From contig CALKPY010000136.1 of NCBI GenBank assembly GCA_937991435.1, forward strand, positions 2,313 through 66,312: a stretch of 64,000 nt of DNA, in the 5' to 3' direction. The notes beneath the pieces are model-generated. The model searched no databases, was not told the origin of the DNA, and saw only the letters and a list, made by a program, of their open reading frames with translations. This stretch comes from an uncultured Acidimicrobiales bacterium. GTDB lineage: Bacteria; Actinomycetota; Acidimicrobiia; Acidimicrobiales; UBA10347. The translations under genes were made by a program, and so were the position numbers. Shown in pieces: positions 22,580-30,364 of the stretch (within the stretch, counting starts at the first letter, position 1; every line of letters starts with the position of its first letter).

Positions 22580-23677
22580 ATGGAATGGTTAACAACTACT
22601 GCCCGCACCGTGGAGGAAGCGCAAGCGCGCGCTCTTGATCTGCTCGGCGTGGATCACGCTGACGCCGAAGTTCAGGTACTCGAGGAGGGCAAGACGGGTC
22701 TTTTCGGCCGCACTAAGGCCGAAGCTCGAGTACGAGCTCGAATTAAGCCTAAGGCGCCGCCTGCAAAGGACGAACGCCGGTCAGGTGGTGGTCGTAGCGG
22801 TGGAGGTGACCGCAACCGCAGTCGCGGCAACAACCGTAATCGCGGTGGTAATGATCGTGGTGGTAATGATCGTGGCGGTAACGATCGCAACAAGTCGTCG
22901 AATAACAATGACCGTAATGACCGTGGCGGCCGTGGTGGCAAGAATCAAGGTTCGAACAAAAACTCAGGTGGCCGTGGCCAGGGTGGACGTTCGTCAAATG
23001 GTGACAACCGTCGCGATGCTCAAGGTGCTGACGCAGGCAGTGGTGAAAACAACAACCGTGCAAGCCAACGACGCCAACAAGCTGCTGAGCGAACCGGCGC
23101 AGTAGCAGGCGCAGGCGCCGGCGCTGCTGCCGGGCGCAGTGGTGGTCGTGACAGTGGTGGTCGTGGTGGTCGACGCGATCGTGAAGATCGCGAAGAGATG
23201 CCGGTTGCCGAGCAACGCGAGACCCTCTCGTCATTCGTCGAGGGCGTCGCTGCCTTCTTCGACAAAGATGCAACAGTTGAGCTGGTCGAAGAAGGAACAA
23301 CGTTGCAAGCACAGGTTCGCGGCAACGACCTTGGTCGTCTTGTCGGTGCCAAGGCCTCGACGTTGCAAGCGTTTGAAGAATTGTCTCGGACAGCGATGCA
23401 TCGTGCAGCCGAAGGACGCCGCTATCACCGAATTCAAGTTGACGTTGACGATTACAAGGCTCGCCGCCGCGAGGCATTGAGTAAGTTCGCTACCGATACC
23501 GCTGAAAAGGTAGTTGCAACAGGTGAACGTGTCGCTATGGAACCAATGGGAGCTGCGGATCGAAAACTGATTCACGACGCCGTTGCTACTGTTCCAGGGG
23601 CAGAAACGATGTCCGAAGGTCGCGATCCACGACGCTATATCGTCATTACTGCGTCAGGTTCTGACGAAGAGGAATGA
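22580..23677 (+). CDS. jag: Jag/KhpB-type RNA-binding protein (Jag_N + KH + R3H) with ~170-aa Arg/Gly/Asn-rich disordered insert
   Basis: The N-terminus MEWLTTTARTVEEAQARALDLLGV...GLFGR is Jag_N. The C-terminus has a KH-like region and an R3H region (MEPMGAADRKLIHDAV), and the gene lies in yidC-jag-rsmG synteny. Confidence 0.85.
   Translation: MEWLTTTARTVEEAQARALDLLGVDHADAEVQVLEEGKTGLFGRTKAEARVRARIKPKAPPAKDERRSGGGRSGGGDRNRSRGNNRNRGGNDRGGNDRGGNDRNKSSNNNDRNDRGGRGGKNQGSNKNSGGRGQGGRSSNGDNRRDAQGADAGSGENNNRASQRRQQAAERTGAVAGAGAGAAAGRSGGRDSGGRGGRRDREDREEMPVAEQRETLSSFVEGVAAFFDKDATVELVEEGTTLQAQVRGNDLGRLVGAKASTLQAFEELSRTAMHRAAEGRRYHRIQVDVDDYKARRREALSKFATDTAEKVVATGERVAMEPMGAADRKLIHDAVATVPGAETMSEGRDPRRYIVITASGSDEEE
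22844..22888 (+). repeat. 3 x 15-bp in-frame tandem repeat (GGNDR)3 inside jag
   Basis: The copies are ggtggtaatgatcgt, ggtggtaatgatcgt and ggcggtaacgatcgc, read directly from the sequence. Confidence 0.9.
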
Positions 23678-24318
23678 AATCTGACATCGAGGAGCGGCTA
23701 CTTGCCGCACTTGAGCTCCCCCATCGTCGGGGGATGATCGGAGGCGACCTGCGCGAGCAGGTCGCCTTCTGCGCGTCGTACCAGAGTGTGATGGATCCGG
23801 TACTTGATGCACTTGGCAGGGAGGATCGGTGCTTTCGTGCAGTTGACCTTGGAACCGGTGGTGGACTACCAGGCCTTGTGTTGGCGATGCTTTATCCGGT
23901 AAGCGAGTGGCTTCTCATCGAGATGAGAACGAATCGGGCTGCCGAAGTAGAACGTGCGTCACTACGGCTTGGAGTCAGCGATCGCGTGACGGTGTTGGCG
24001 ATGGAAGCCCAGGTGGTCGCCCACGGCGAAGATCGAGAACAAGCAGACGTGGTGGTAGCGCGATCCTTTGGCCCACCGAGCTTGGTGGCCGAGTGTGGAT
24101 CCGGCCTGTTGCGAATCGGCGGCTCACTTATGGTGAGCGAGCCCCCTGAGACGACCGAAGATCGCTGGCCGACCACCGGCCTCAAATCACTAGGGTTGAG
24201 CTTCGAGCGATCTGAATCGGTTGATGGGGCCACATTTGCGGTTATGACCAAGAAGCAACCCCTTGGCTTGACTATTCCACGGCTACCCGTTCGTAAAGGC
24301 CGCGACTGGCCGTCGTAG
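23674..24318 (+). CDS. rsmG: 16S rRNA (guanine527-N7)-methyltransferase RsmG (GidB)
   Basis: The SAM-binding motif VDLGTGGGLPGLVLA is present, the position is between jag and parA, and there is an ATGA overlap with jag. Confidence 0.88.
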   Translation: MKSDIEERLLAALELPHRRGMIGGDLREQVAFCASYQSVMDPVLDALGREDRCFRAVDLGTGGGLPGLVLAMLYPVSEWLLIEMRTNRAAEVERASLRLGVSDRVTVLAMEAQVVAHGEDREQADVVVARSFGPPSLVAECGSGLLRIGGSLMVSEPPETTEDRWPTTGLKSLGLSFERSESVDGATFAVMTKKQPLGLTIPRLPVRKGRDWPS

Positions 24319-24346
24319 TAGTAGTCGCTACGAGGACTACGACCAA

Positions 24347-24362
24347 TGTTTCACGTGAAACA
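24347..24362. promoter_or_regulatory. parS centromere site 1
   Basis: A perfect palindrome TGTTTCACGTGAAACA lies in the rsmG-parA spacer. Confidence 0.92.
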
Positions 24363-24395
24363 CGCGTTTGCGGCGAGGAGCGCCGAGGTCGATGA

Positions 24396-24411
24396 TGTTT
24401 CACGTGAAACA
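24396..24411. promoter_or_regulatory. parS centromere site 2
   Basis: A second perfect TGTTTCACGTGAAACA lies 49 bp from the first. Confidence 0.92.
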
Positions 24412-24461
24412 TTTGACAAATCCAATCCTCCGCGCTGTTTGGCGATTAGAGTTCCCTAGGC

Positions 24462-25442
24462 ATGAGTGTTGGTGATCCGTTACAACCGTCGATATCGACT
24501 GATCCAGTCAGTTCGGCTTCAAACAGTGCCTCGACGCCGTTTGAGCGCTTGGTCGACTCAGTTCCGACCGACGTGGCAGCGGCTATACCTGAGAGCCCTC
24601 CACCGGTTCAGGACACTTCTCAAGAGACGCCACCGTCTGAGTTGGACCCTGAGGCTAAGCCTGAGGGTCGAGATACGCGACCGTTACCTCGTGTCATCGC
24701 GGTCGCAAATCAAAAAGGCGGGGTAGGAAAAACCACGACGACAGTCAATCTGGCAGCGTGCCTCGCAGAAAAGGGCCACCGCACCTTGTTGGTCGATTTA
24801 GACCCGCAGGCAAACGCGTCAACGGGACTCGGGCTTGAACCTCGAGAACTCGCTAACTCCGTGTATCACGTGATGTTGCACGATGTCGATGCCGATAGTT
24901 GCATCGAGCCAACCGAAGTAAAGAATCTATTCGTCTTACCGAGTAGCCTCGATCTGGCTGGCGCTGAGATTGAATTGGTTCCCGCCATGAGCAGGGAACA
25001 TCGACTGCGGTTGGCCATTGAGTCCGTAATAGACGACTACGATTATGTGCTTATTGACTGTCCGCCATCGCTTGGCCTGTTGACAGTCAACGCCCTGACG
25101 GCTGCCCATGAAGTATTGGTGCCGATTCAATGCGAGTACTACGCACTCGAAGGCCTTGGTCAGCTGATGCGTAACGTTGAGCTCGTTCGTAGCGCGCTTA
25201 ATCCCACGTTGGAGATCAGCCATATCGTGCTCGTGATGTTTGATCCCCGTACGAAGCTTGCCGGACAAGTGGTTGACGAAGTACGAGGTCATTTTGGTGC
25301 CACGGTGTGCGACAACGTGATTCCACGAACCGTTCGGTTGTCAGAAGCGCCGTCGTTTGGGCAGCCGATCACCACATTTGATTCTCAGTCACGAGGCGCT
25401 GCCGCCTATCGTGCGGTTGCTCTGGAGGTGCTTGATGGCTAA
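24462..25442 (+). CDS. parA: Chromosome partitioning ATPase ParA/Soj with ~75-aa Pro/Ser-rich N-terminal extension
   Basis: The deviant Walker A NQKGGVGKTTTTVNLA and the VLIDCPPSLG motif are present, with parS upstream and parB downstream. Confidence 0.93.
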   Translation: MSVGDPLQPSISTDPVSSASNSASTPFERLVDSVPTDVAAAIPESPPPVQDTSQETPPSELDPEAKPEGRDTRPLPRVIAVANQKGGVGKTTTTVNLAACLAEKGHRTLLVDLDPQANASTGLGLEPRELANSVYHVMLHDVDADSCIEPTEVKNLFVLPSSLDLAGAEIELVPAMSREHRLRLAIESVIDDYDYVLIDCPPSLGLLTVNALTAAHEVLVPIQCEYYALEGLGQLMRNVELVRSALNPTLEISHIVLVMFDPRTKLAGQVVDEVRGHFGATVCDNVIPRTVRLSEAPSFGQPITTFDSQSRGAAAYRAVALEVLDG

Positions 25443-26343
25443 ATCACGACAAGGCGGTCTCGGTAAGGGCCTTGGTTCGCTGATTCCGACCGAGGCTAAA
25501 GCAACGGAAGGTCCGTTGCGCGACATACCGGTTGGCGATATCGTCCCCAACACTTTTCAGCCTCGGCGAACCTTTGGCGAAGAAGATCTTGTGGCCCTGA
25601 CGTCATCGGTGCGAGAACTCGGCGTCTTGCAACCAATTCTGGTTCGGGCGCGAGCTGAAGGAGGGTTTGAGTTGATTGCGGGCGAGCGCCGTTGGCGTGC
25701 CGCAACTCGCGCGGGGCTGGACCGAATTCCGGCGATCGTGCGCGAGGTCGACGATGAGACATCGTTGGCTCACGCCATTGTCGAAAACGTGCAGCGAGCA
25801 GAACTCAATGCCGTTGAAGAGGCTGCGGCGTTCAAGCAACTCATTGATGAGTTTTCACTGACACAAGAAGAAGTAGCAACTCGTGTTGGTCGCAGCCGGC
25901 CAGCCGTAGCCAATGCGCTTCGCTTACTCACGCTGCCGGATCGCTTGCAGCGGTTGATCATTGAGGGTCGCATATCTGCTGGTCACGGTCGCGTGCTAGT
26001 GACTGCCAACCCTGGGGACCAGGGTGATCTCGCCGATCGGGTTGTCACTGAACAGCTCAGTGTTCGAGCCCTCGAGGCCTTGGTACGGGGCGACAGCGCC
26101 TCGGCAACCGACACAGATGAGATCAATGCACCGCCAGCGGCGGACTCGACATCAACGCAGAGCTCGTTGGGGTCTACGAAACCACCTGCCCTTTTGGAAC
26201 TCGAAGAACTACTCGAAGATCGATTCGATACGAAAGTAGCTATCTCGTTGGCGTCAGGAAAAGGACGTTTGTCCATAGCGTTTGCGGACATCGATGATCT
26301 TGAACGCATTTATGGATTGATGGTCGGGACCGACCAAGAGTAG
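25435..26343 (+). CDS. parB: Chromosome partitioning protein ParB/Spo0J
   Basis: The motifs GLGKGLGSLIP, PNTFQPRRTF and the GERRWRA arginine patch plus an HTH (TQEEVATRVGRSRPAVANALRLL) are present. The ATG at 25435 overlaps the parA stop by 8 nt. Confidence 0.93.
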   Translation: MAKSRQGGLGKGLGSLIPTEAKATEGPLRDIPVGDIVPNTFQPRRTFGEEDLVALTSSVRELGVLQPILVRARAEGGFELIAGERRWRAATRAGLDRIPAIVREVDDETSLAHAIVENVQRAELNAVEEAAAFKQLIDEFSLTQEEVATRVGRSRPAVANALRLLTLPDRLQRLIIEGRISAGHGRVLVTANPGDQGDLADRVVTEQLSVRALEALVRGDSASATDTDEINAPPAADSTSTQSSLGSTKPPALLELEELLEDRFDTKVAISLASGKGRLSIAFADIDDLERIYGLMVGTDQE

Positions 26344-26358
26344 CCAATATTGGGTATC

Positions 26359-26375
26359 AACCTCTAATAGAGGTT
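26359..26375 (+). terminator. Weak hairpin after parB
   Basis: aacctct-aat-agaggtt forms a 7-bp stem followed by only a TTT run. Confidence 0.3.
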
Positions 26376-26544
26376 TAGGTTCCCAGTCTATTTGCACAGG
26401 TTGTGCACAAAGCTGTGTGAAACATTGAGGTCATAAGCCCGCGGCGGCAATCTCAAGCCGAGGTCAACCTGCTGCATAACAGGCGAAAACGTTGACATTG
26501 CGTGGCCGTATCAACACAAATCAACTGTTCGAAGTCGATCGGCC

Positions 26545-26871
26545 TTAGAGGAATTCGCTGAGGTCTTCGAGAAGTTTGGCCTTGCCGGAGGCGCCGACCA
26601 TTTTCTTGGCAGGGGCGCCGTTGTTAAACACGATCAAGGTTGGGATGCTCATGACTTCGTAGCGCTGAGCAATGGCACCTGCGTCGTCGACGTTTACTTT
26701 GGCGATCGTCAACTTGTCACCGTGTTCGTCGGCGATCTCGTCGAGAATAGGAGCAATCTGCTTGCACGGTCCGCACCATTCGGCCCAGAAGTCAATAAGA
26801 ACTGGCCCATCGGCGCTTGCAACGAGTTCGTCGAATGATTCAACGGTCAGGTTCTGGATCTTGTCAGACAC
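26545..26871 (-). CDS. trxA: Thioredoxin
   Basis: The active site WAEWCGPCK is present in a 108-aa protein. Confidence 0.95.
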   Translation of the reverse strand: MSDKIQNLTVESFDELVASADGPVLIDFWAEWCGPCKQIAPILDEIADEHGDKLTIAKVNVDDAGAIAQRYEVMSIPTLIVFNNGAPAKKMVGASGKAKLLEDLSEFL

Positions 26872-26975
26872 GGGGACTCCTCAGTCGTGCAGTGATTTTG
26901 GTTTGTGGTGGCAGTGACTTGCAGCGAACCTAGCTGCTTAGGCAACGGGCGTGTGCAGTTCAGTGATACGGGAAG

Positions 26976-27001
26976 AACCCCACGCAGGGTTGACCTATTC
27001 C
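26976..27001 (-). promoter_or_regulatory. SigR/SigH-type promoter motif GGAAT-N18-GTT upstream of trxA
   Basis: The minus strand reads cGGAATaggtcaaccctgcgtgggGTTctt. This is an exact match to the consensus spacing, about 105 nt upstream of the trxA ATG in the trxB-trxA spacer. Confidence 0.5.
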
Positions 27002-27049
27002 GCGTTGCGACAAATGCAAGTGCGGCGAGCGTCGTGCGGCCGCAGAGGT

Positions 27050-28039
27050 TCAGCCAGAGTGGTGTTCTTCGAGCCAGCGTTCGGCATCGATTGCGGCCAT
27101 ACAACCGGACCCTGCGGCAGTGATTGCCTGGCGGTAATAGTCATCGACGACGTCACCACAGGCAAACACGCCGTCAATCGCAGTTCGTGTCGAGTCTGGT
27201 TGCGTTACGAGGTAACCGTTGGGCTTGATTTCGAGCTGATCGACGAAGAGCTGAGTCGACGGCTTGTGGCCAATGGCGATGAACAAGCCAGCGAGTTCCA
27301 TGGTTCCGGCCGTGTTCGTCACGGTGTCTTTGGTGGCGACACCCGACAGCTTGCTGTCGCCGAGATACTCGGTGACGACCGTGTTCCACACGAAGTGGAT
27401 TTTGTCATTGGCTCGCGCACGGTCTTGCATGATTTTTGAGGCACGCAATTCATCACGACGCACGAGAACGTTGACTTTGCTGGCGAATCGAGTGAGAAAG
27501 ATTGCTTCCTCAAGGGCCGAATCGCCGCCGCCGACGACACCGATCTCCTGATCGCGGAAGAAGAAACCGTCACACGTCGCACACGTGGACAGACCGTGAC
27601 CGATGAGCTCGGTTTCGTTTGGAAGGCCAAGCATGAGTGACTGGGCGCCCGTGGCAATGATGACCGCGGTGGCGGTGAAATCCGGCTCAGGCTTGGTTGC
27701 GTCATCAATCCAGATTTGCCGAGGTGTTGCAGACAAATCGACTTTGGCGACCTTGCGCGTGAGAGTAGTAGCCCCAAATCGTTGGGCCTGGGCGCGGAAA
27801 TTGTCCATGAGCTCCGGACCCATGACGCCATCGGGAAAGCCTGGGTAGTTCTCGACGTCAGTGGTCAACATGAGCTGACCACCGGGCTGATCGCTGGTAG
27901 ATGACGGTTCGCCTTCGATCACCAGTGGCGCGAGTCGAGCACGAGCGGTGTAGATCGCCGCGGTCAGACCCGCGGGCCCGGACCCCACGATAATCACTTC
28001 GTGATGTTCAGGCTGCGTGGGCGAGTTTAGTTCAGTCAA
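27050..28039 (-). CDS. trxB: Thioredoxin-disulfide reductase
   Basis: The FAD motif IIVGSGPAGLTAAIY, redox-active CATCDG and NADPH motif VVGGGDSALEEA are present. TTG start. Confidence 0.95.
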   Translation of the reverse strand: MTELNSPTQPEHHEVIIVGSGPAGLTAAIYTARARLAPLVIEGEPSSTSDQPGGQLMLTTDVENYPGFPDGVMGPELMDNFRAQAQRFGATTLTRKVAKVDLSATPRQIWIDDATKPEPDFTATAVIIATGAQSLMLGLPNETELIGHGLSTCATCDGFFFRDQEIGVVGGGDSALEEAIFLTRFASKVNVLVRRDELRASKIMQDRARANDKIHFVWNTVVTEYLGDSKLSGVATKDTVTNTAGTMELAGLFIAIGHKPSTQLFVDQLEIKPNGYLVTQPDSTRTAIDGVFACGDVVDDYYRQAITAAGSGCMAAIDAERWLEEHHSG

Positions 28040-28081
28040 GGTCTTGGCTTTCGAGGTGAGGGGCCGACACGTGTCGGCGAA

Positions 28082-28435
28082 TCAGGATGCGGCGCGACGA
28101 GGTCGGCGTGACCAGAGAAACCCGCCAAGGGCAAGAAACAATCCGCCGAGAATCAAATACACGAGCCATACACCCGATGGAATGATCGTGTTCAGTAGAC
28201 GAACCAGTCCAATCAGAAACAGCGGCACGGCAATAACTGCAAGCAGAGCGGCGAGCATTCCAAAGACTGCGGTACGGGCAATACCAATAGCGGGCCCGGC
28301 CGTTTTGACTTTGACCTGGTCAACGCCAGTGACGATTTTCTCGGTAGCCATCAGGTGCCAGTCAGCCGGCAACCCAGGCACAGCCATTGCTTCGTTTGCG
28401 CCCCCGGAGGTGCCGGACATTGCAGACTCACCCAT
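28082..28435 (-). CDS. Small integral membrane protein (2 predicted TM helices), function unknown
   Basis: Two long hydrophobic segments (FGMLAALLAVIAVPLFLIGLV; VWLVYLILGGLFLALGGFLW) and a basic C-terminus are present. Confidence 0.55.
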   Translation of the reverse strand: MGESAMSGTSGGANEAMAVPGLPADWHLMATEKIVTGVDQVKVKTAGPAIGIARTAVFGMLAALLAVIAVPLFLIGLVRLLNTIIPSGVWLVYLILGGLFLALGGFLWSRRPRRAAS

Positions 28436-28511
28436 GGCGGGCGAGCCTAGCGGGTCAGAAACCGGTCATCGCCTGAGACACTCGGTAGGCGTTGTCTACG
28501 GTTTGTGGTTC

Positions 28512-29708
28512 TTATCCGCGAACGGCCTCGGGGAAGCCGGGGTGCAGTTCCGGCTGGCAGTTGGTGAATTGGGGTAGCCGGTCGCCGCGGGCGATCGTCT
28601 CACATGTTTGGGCCTGCACCGATGGCTGTCCAAAAGCATCGGCGCGGCTGTCGGTGATGACGAGAAACCGTTCTCCGTCAAAGGCATAGCGATAGAACAC
28701 TGGGTCGCCTTCGGTGGTGGCAATATTGAAGTCGATCGTGATTGGCCGGCCGGCTTCGACTTCGACAAAGAAACAATCGAGTGTTGCGGTGACCCGGGCG
28801 AGATCGCTTGATTCGTTGCGGGTTACCACACTTGGGCACACGGTGTCCGCTGAAGCGAACAGATCCAATTCAGAGGTTTGGGCGGCGGCAGCGCCGGCAC
28901 TACCGCCGCTCGCATCAGCCAAGTCAGATTCCGCATCGAGGCTGGCGGCTGGCGCTGCCGCTGGCGGGGTAGAGGGTTCGATTTCCGCGGCCGCGGCCAG
29001 GGAATCGTCGTCGGCGGAGAACGGCGCCTCCTCGGCCATTTCTGCGTCGTCAGCCATCTCTTCTTCGGCCATTTCTGCGTCGTCAGCCATCTCTTCTTCG
29101 GCCATTTCGTCGTCGGCCATTTCTTCGTCGACAGTAAAAGGAGCCGCGACCCCATCACTCGCTGCAGCTGGATCTCGGCCAACGTCTAACGCGTCAGCGT
29201 CAGTACTGGAATCGGACACGGTGTCGGACATCGCATCGTCGTTTGCAGAGGTCGACAACGCAGGGCGGTCGGCAAACTCGGCCCGCGACGGAGTGTTGTT
29301 GGACAAACGCATGAAACCGGCGATGCCCATTACCACGAGAGCCACGGCGGCAGCCACGCCTAGGACCTGGTTGCGTCGTGACAGTTTCTGCATACGTCGC
29401 TGGCTCAGGTCGGCCACGGCGCCAGTCGCTGTCGCTGCAGCGGTCGGTGACGAAGCGCTTGTTGACTCGTTGTGTGTCGTGGTGACCGACAGTTCATCAA
29501 AGGCAGCGAGTGCAGTGTCGAGGTGTCGTTGTCGTGTGTCGTTGTTGACCGGCACAGCCATGTTCTGGGCGGTCGCCAATGCGGCGAATTGACGAGCTCG
29601 TTCGATGAGTGCGGGGTCGGCTTCGACTCGTGCGATCTCATCGGGCGCGGCCTGACCATCGACATACGCGGAGACAAGCTCGTCGAGGAAAGGGTCAGGT
29701 GCATTCAT
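28512..29708 (-). CDS. Membrane-anchored anti-sigma factor (non-ZAS) with acidic repeat-containing extracytoplasmic domain
   Basis: There is an ATGA overlap with the upstream ECF sigma gene. The N-terminus LVSAYVDGQAAPDEIARVEADPAL is anti-sigma-like, followed by a single TM helix (VLGVAAAVALVVMGIAGFM) and a (EEMADDAEMAE)n region. Confidence 0.7.
   Translation of the reverse strand: MNAPDPFLDELVSAYVDGQAAPDEIARVEADPALIERARQFAALATAQNMAVPVNNDTRQRHLDTALAAFDELSVTTTHNESTSASSPTAAATATGAVADLSQRRMQKLSRRNQVLGVAAAVALVVMGIAGFMRLSNNTPSRAEFADRPALSTSANDDAMSDTVSDSSTDADALDVGRDPAAASDGVAAPFTVDEEMADDEMAEEEMADDAEMAEEEMADDAEMAEEAPFSADDDSLAAAAEIEPSTPPAAAPAASLDAESDLADASGGSAGAAAAQTSELDLFASADTVCPSVVTRNESSDLARVTATLDCFFVEVEAGRPITIDFNIATTEGDPVFYRYAFDGERFLVITDSRADAFGQPSVQAQTCETIARGDRLPQFTNCQPELHPGFPEAVRG
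29044..29109. repeat. 2 x 33-bp perfect tandem repeat (plus degenerate third copy) inside the anti-sigma gene
   Basis: ggccatttctgcgtcgtcagccatctcttcttc occurs twice back to back, at 29044-29076 and 29077-29109. On the coding strand it encodes the acidic EEMADDAEMAE motif. Confidence 0.9.
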
Positions 29709-30295
29709 GGCAATGGGTTCTGACGTTCGTCGATCATGTGTTGGTTCCCGGCGATGACTAGTTCGGCAAGTTTGGACCGGCCACGAGCGATCCGCGATCG
29801 CACGGTTCCCGGTGGAATGTCGAGTGTTTGCGCAATCTCTGCGTAGTCAAGACCTGCTTGGTCGCGTAGCAAGACCGGAGCTCGAAATTCGATTGGAAGT
29901 TGATCGAGAGCGCGTTGTAGAGCGTCGCGTTGGGCCAGACGTTCATCGAACGAAGGCATGTCGTCAGCTTCATTGTGAGCCAACCAGCCCGCTTGATCAT
30001 CATTCGAGGCTGGAATTGGGCGACGCTTGCGGCGCCGCAGCTCATCGAGGCAGGCATTGGTAGCCACTCGATAACTCCAGGTCGAGAATTTGGAGCGGCC
30101 GTCGAAGTTGTCCAGGCCGCGAACTATGGCGAGAAGGGCCTCTTGGGTTGCGTCGTCGCCGTCAGCAGCATTACCGGCGATGCGGCGACAGATCGACGAA
30201 ATACGGTCGTAGTGACGCCGCAGGAGCGCGTCGAGTGACGACCGGTCTCCTGCTTGTGCGGCCTGGACCAGGCGCTGATCGTCGTCGATCACCAT
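29705..30295 (-). CDS. ECF (sigma-70 family group 4) RNA polymerase sigma factor, SigM-like by position
   Basis: Region 2 (DATQEALLAIVRGLDNFDGRSKFSTWSYRVATNACLDELRRR) and region 4 (LDYAEIAQTLDIPPGTVRSRIARGRSKL) are present. The position next to trxB/trxA mirrors the sigM-rsmA-trxB2-trxC arrangement. Confidence 0.85.
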   Translation of the reverse strand: MVIDDDQRLVQAAQAGDRSSLDALLRRHYDRISSICRRIAGNAADGDDATQEALLAIVRGLDNFDGRSKFSTWSYRVATNACLDELRRRKRRPIPASNDDQAGWLAHNEADDMPSFDERLAQRDALQRALDQLPIEFRAPVLLRDQAGLDYAEIAQTLDIPPGTVRSRIARGRSKLAELVIAGNQHMIDERQNPLP

Positions 30296-30364
30296 CGTCG
30301 CGGAGCGTAGTTGGTGTGGATCGCAGACGGCCTACATGGTCGGCGTCTTTTGCAACGGGTGAGG

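Noticed and set aside
22635-23477. Alternative-frame and antisense ORFs cross the jag low-complexity region (22635-23105 +, 22749-23477 -, 23020-23352 -).
   Set aside because: They are artefacts of the repetitive GGN/CGN codon tract. The jag frame is supported by flanking Jag_N and KH/R3H domains.
26416-26424. A possible third parS site.
   Set aside because: Only the right half (tGTGAAACA) matches and the left half is absent. It is kept only as a remark within the spacer finding.
28235-28261. A GGAAT-N19-GTT motif sits inside the small membrane-protein gene, about 200 bp upstream of trxB.
   Set aside because: The spacing is off consensus by one, the location is intragenic, and a match of this kind is expected by chance. 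It is not reported as a promoter.
28714-29592. A 292-aa plus-strand ORF lies antisense to the anti-sigma factor gene.
   Set aside because: Its product is Ser/Ala-rich and low-complexity. The minus-strand frame has the anti-sigma N-terminus, a TM helix and translational coupling (ATGA) to the ECF sigma gene.
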